Shown here one piece after another: positions 34,196 through 34,514 of a DNA stretch of 34,514 bases. A program made the position numbers and the translations under genes. The notes beneath the pieces were generated by a model, which worked only from the letters and a program-made list of their open reading frames with translations, did no database searches and had not been told where the DNA came from. The stretch lies in the IMG/VR virus record IMGVR_UViG_3300032227_001003, positions 1-34,514 of that record, one strand, 5' to 3'. The number at the start of each line of letters is the position of its first letter. Position 1 is the stretch's first letter. This stretch comes from a virus (taxonomy: Duplodnaviria; Caudoviricetes).

Positions 34196-34371
34196 AGGAC
34201 TACCTTATCGGAATTCTCTGCCTGATCACGGGATTGGGCTACGGACTTGCCTTCTATTTCGCCCTCGAAATGGGCGAGCAACGGAACGAGAAAGATCGGG
34301 CCATCGCGGAACTGACTGAGGTGCGCGTCATGGCAGAATGGGGACGCTTTGAAGAGGGGAGGGCGAAATGA
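34192..34371 (+). CDS. Small membrane-anchored protein (59 aa, absent from the ORF track)
   Basis: MKDYLIGILCLITGLGYGLAFYFALEMGEQ...; ATGA-coupled on both sides. Confidence 0.6.
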   Translation: MKDYLIGILCLITGLGYGLAFYFALEMGEQRNEKDRAIAELTEVRVMAEWGRFEEGRAK

Positions 34372-34514
34372 GCGATACACCTAGGACCGATAAAATCGAA
34401 AACGATTGGAAGGAAAGCTGGGACCGATCAACGGGCCAACAAGAAATGTCGGATTTCGCCCGTCAACTTGAGCGCGAACTGAACGAGGCTTGCGCGATCA
34501 ATTCGGAGTTGGAA
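34368..34514 (+). CDS. 5' part of junction-spanning protein (continues to base 243)
   Basis: ATG AGC GAT ACA CCT AGG ACC GAT = MSDTPRTD, in frame with bases 1-243. Confidence 0.8.
   Translation, partial: MSDTPRTDKIENDWKESWDRSTGQQEMSDFARQLERELNEACAINSELE
34392..34514. repeat. Terminal direct repeat (right copy)
   Basis: Identical to bases 1-123. Confidence 0.97.

Noticed and set aside
1-34514. Alternative genetic code or stop-codon reassignment
   Set aside because: Genes tile densely under the standard code, with many ATGA overlaps and full-length conserved proteins.

Overview
This window is a complete, circularly assembled temperate tailed phage genome (siphovirus-like, 34,391 bp unique; bases 34392-34514 repeat bases 1-123). 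It encodes a replication initiator with internal iterons, a primase-helicase and an SSB-like protein. Packaging and structural genes include a lambda-type terminase, gpW and portal with a lambda-like cos site, a protease-scaffold-capsid fusion, tail genes and two fibres. It also has a holin and CHAP endolysin, a metallophosphoesterase cluster, a tyrosine integrase with an intact attP matching a tmRNA/tRNA-Ala 3' end, a lysogeny switch, an antirepressor and RecE-like/resolvase-like nucleases. Two regulatory features stand out. (1) The virion and lysis genes are split into six units on both strands, each headed by the same non-canonical motif TTG-N12-GTTTTGT-N2-AG-N3-T placed 34-36 nt before an ATG, suggesting leaderless late promoters. 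(2) A perfect Verrucomicrobia-type LexA box lies inside a near-consensus promoter that fires antisense into a repressor lacking any autocleavage domain, suggesting an unusual SOS-induction route and a Verrucomicrobiota host. All protein calls come from motif recognition by eye; no searches were run.
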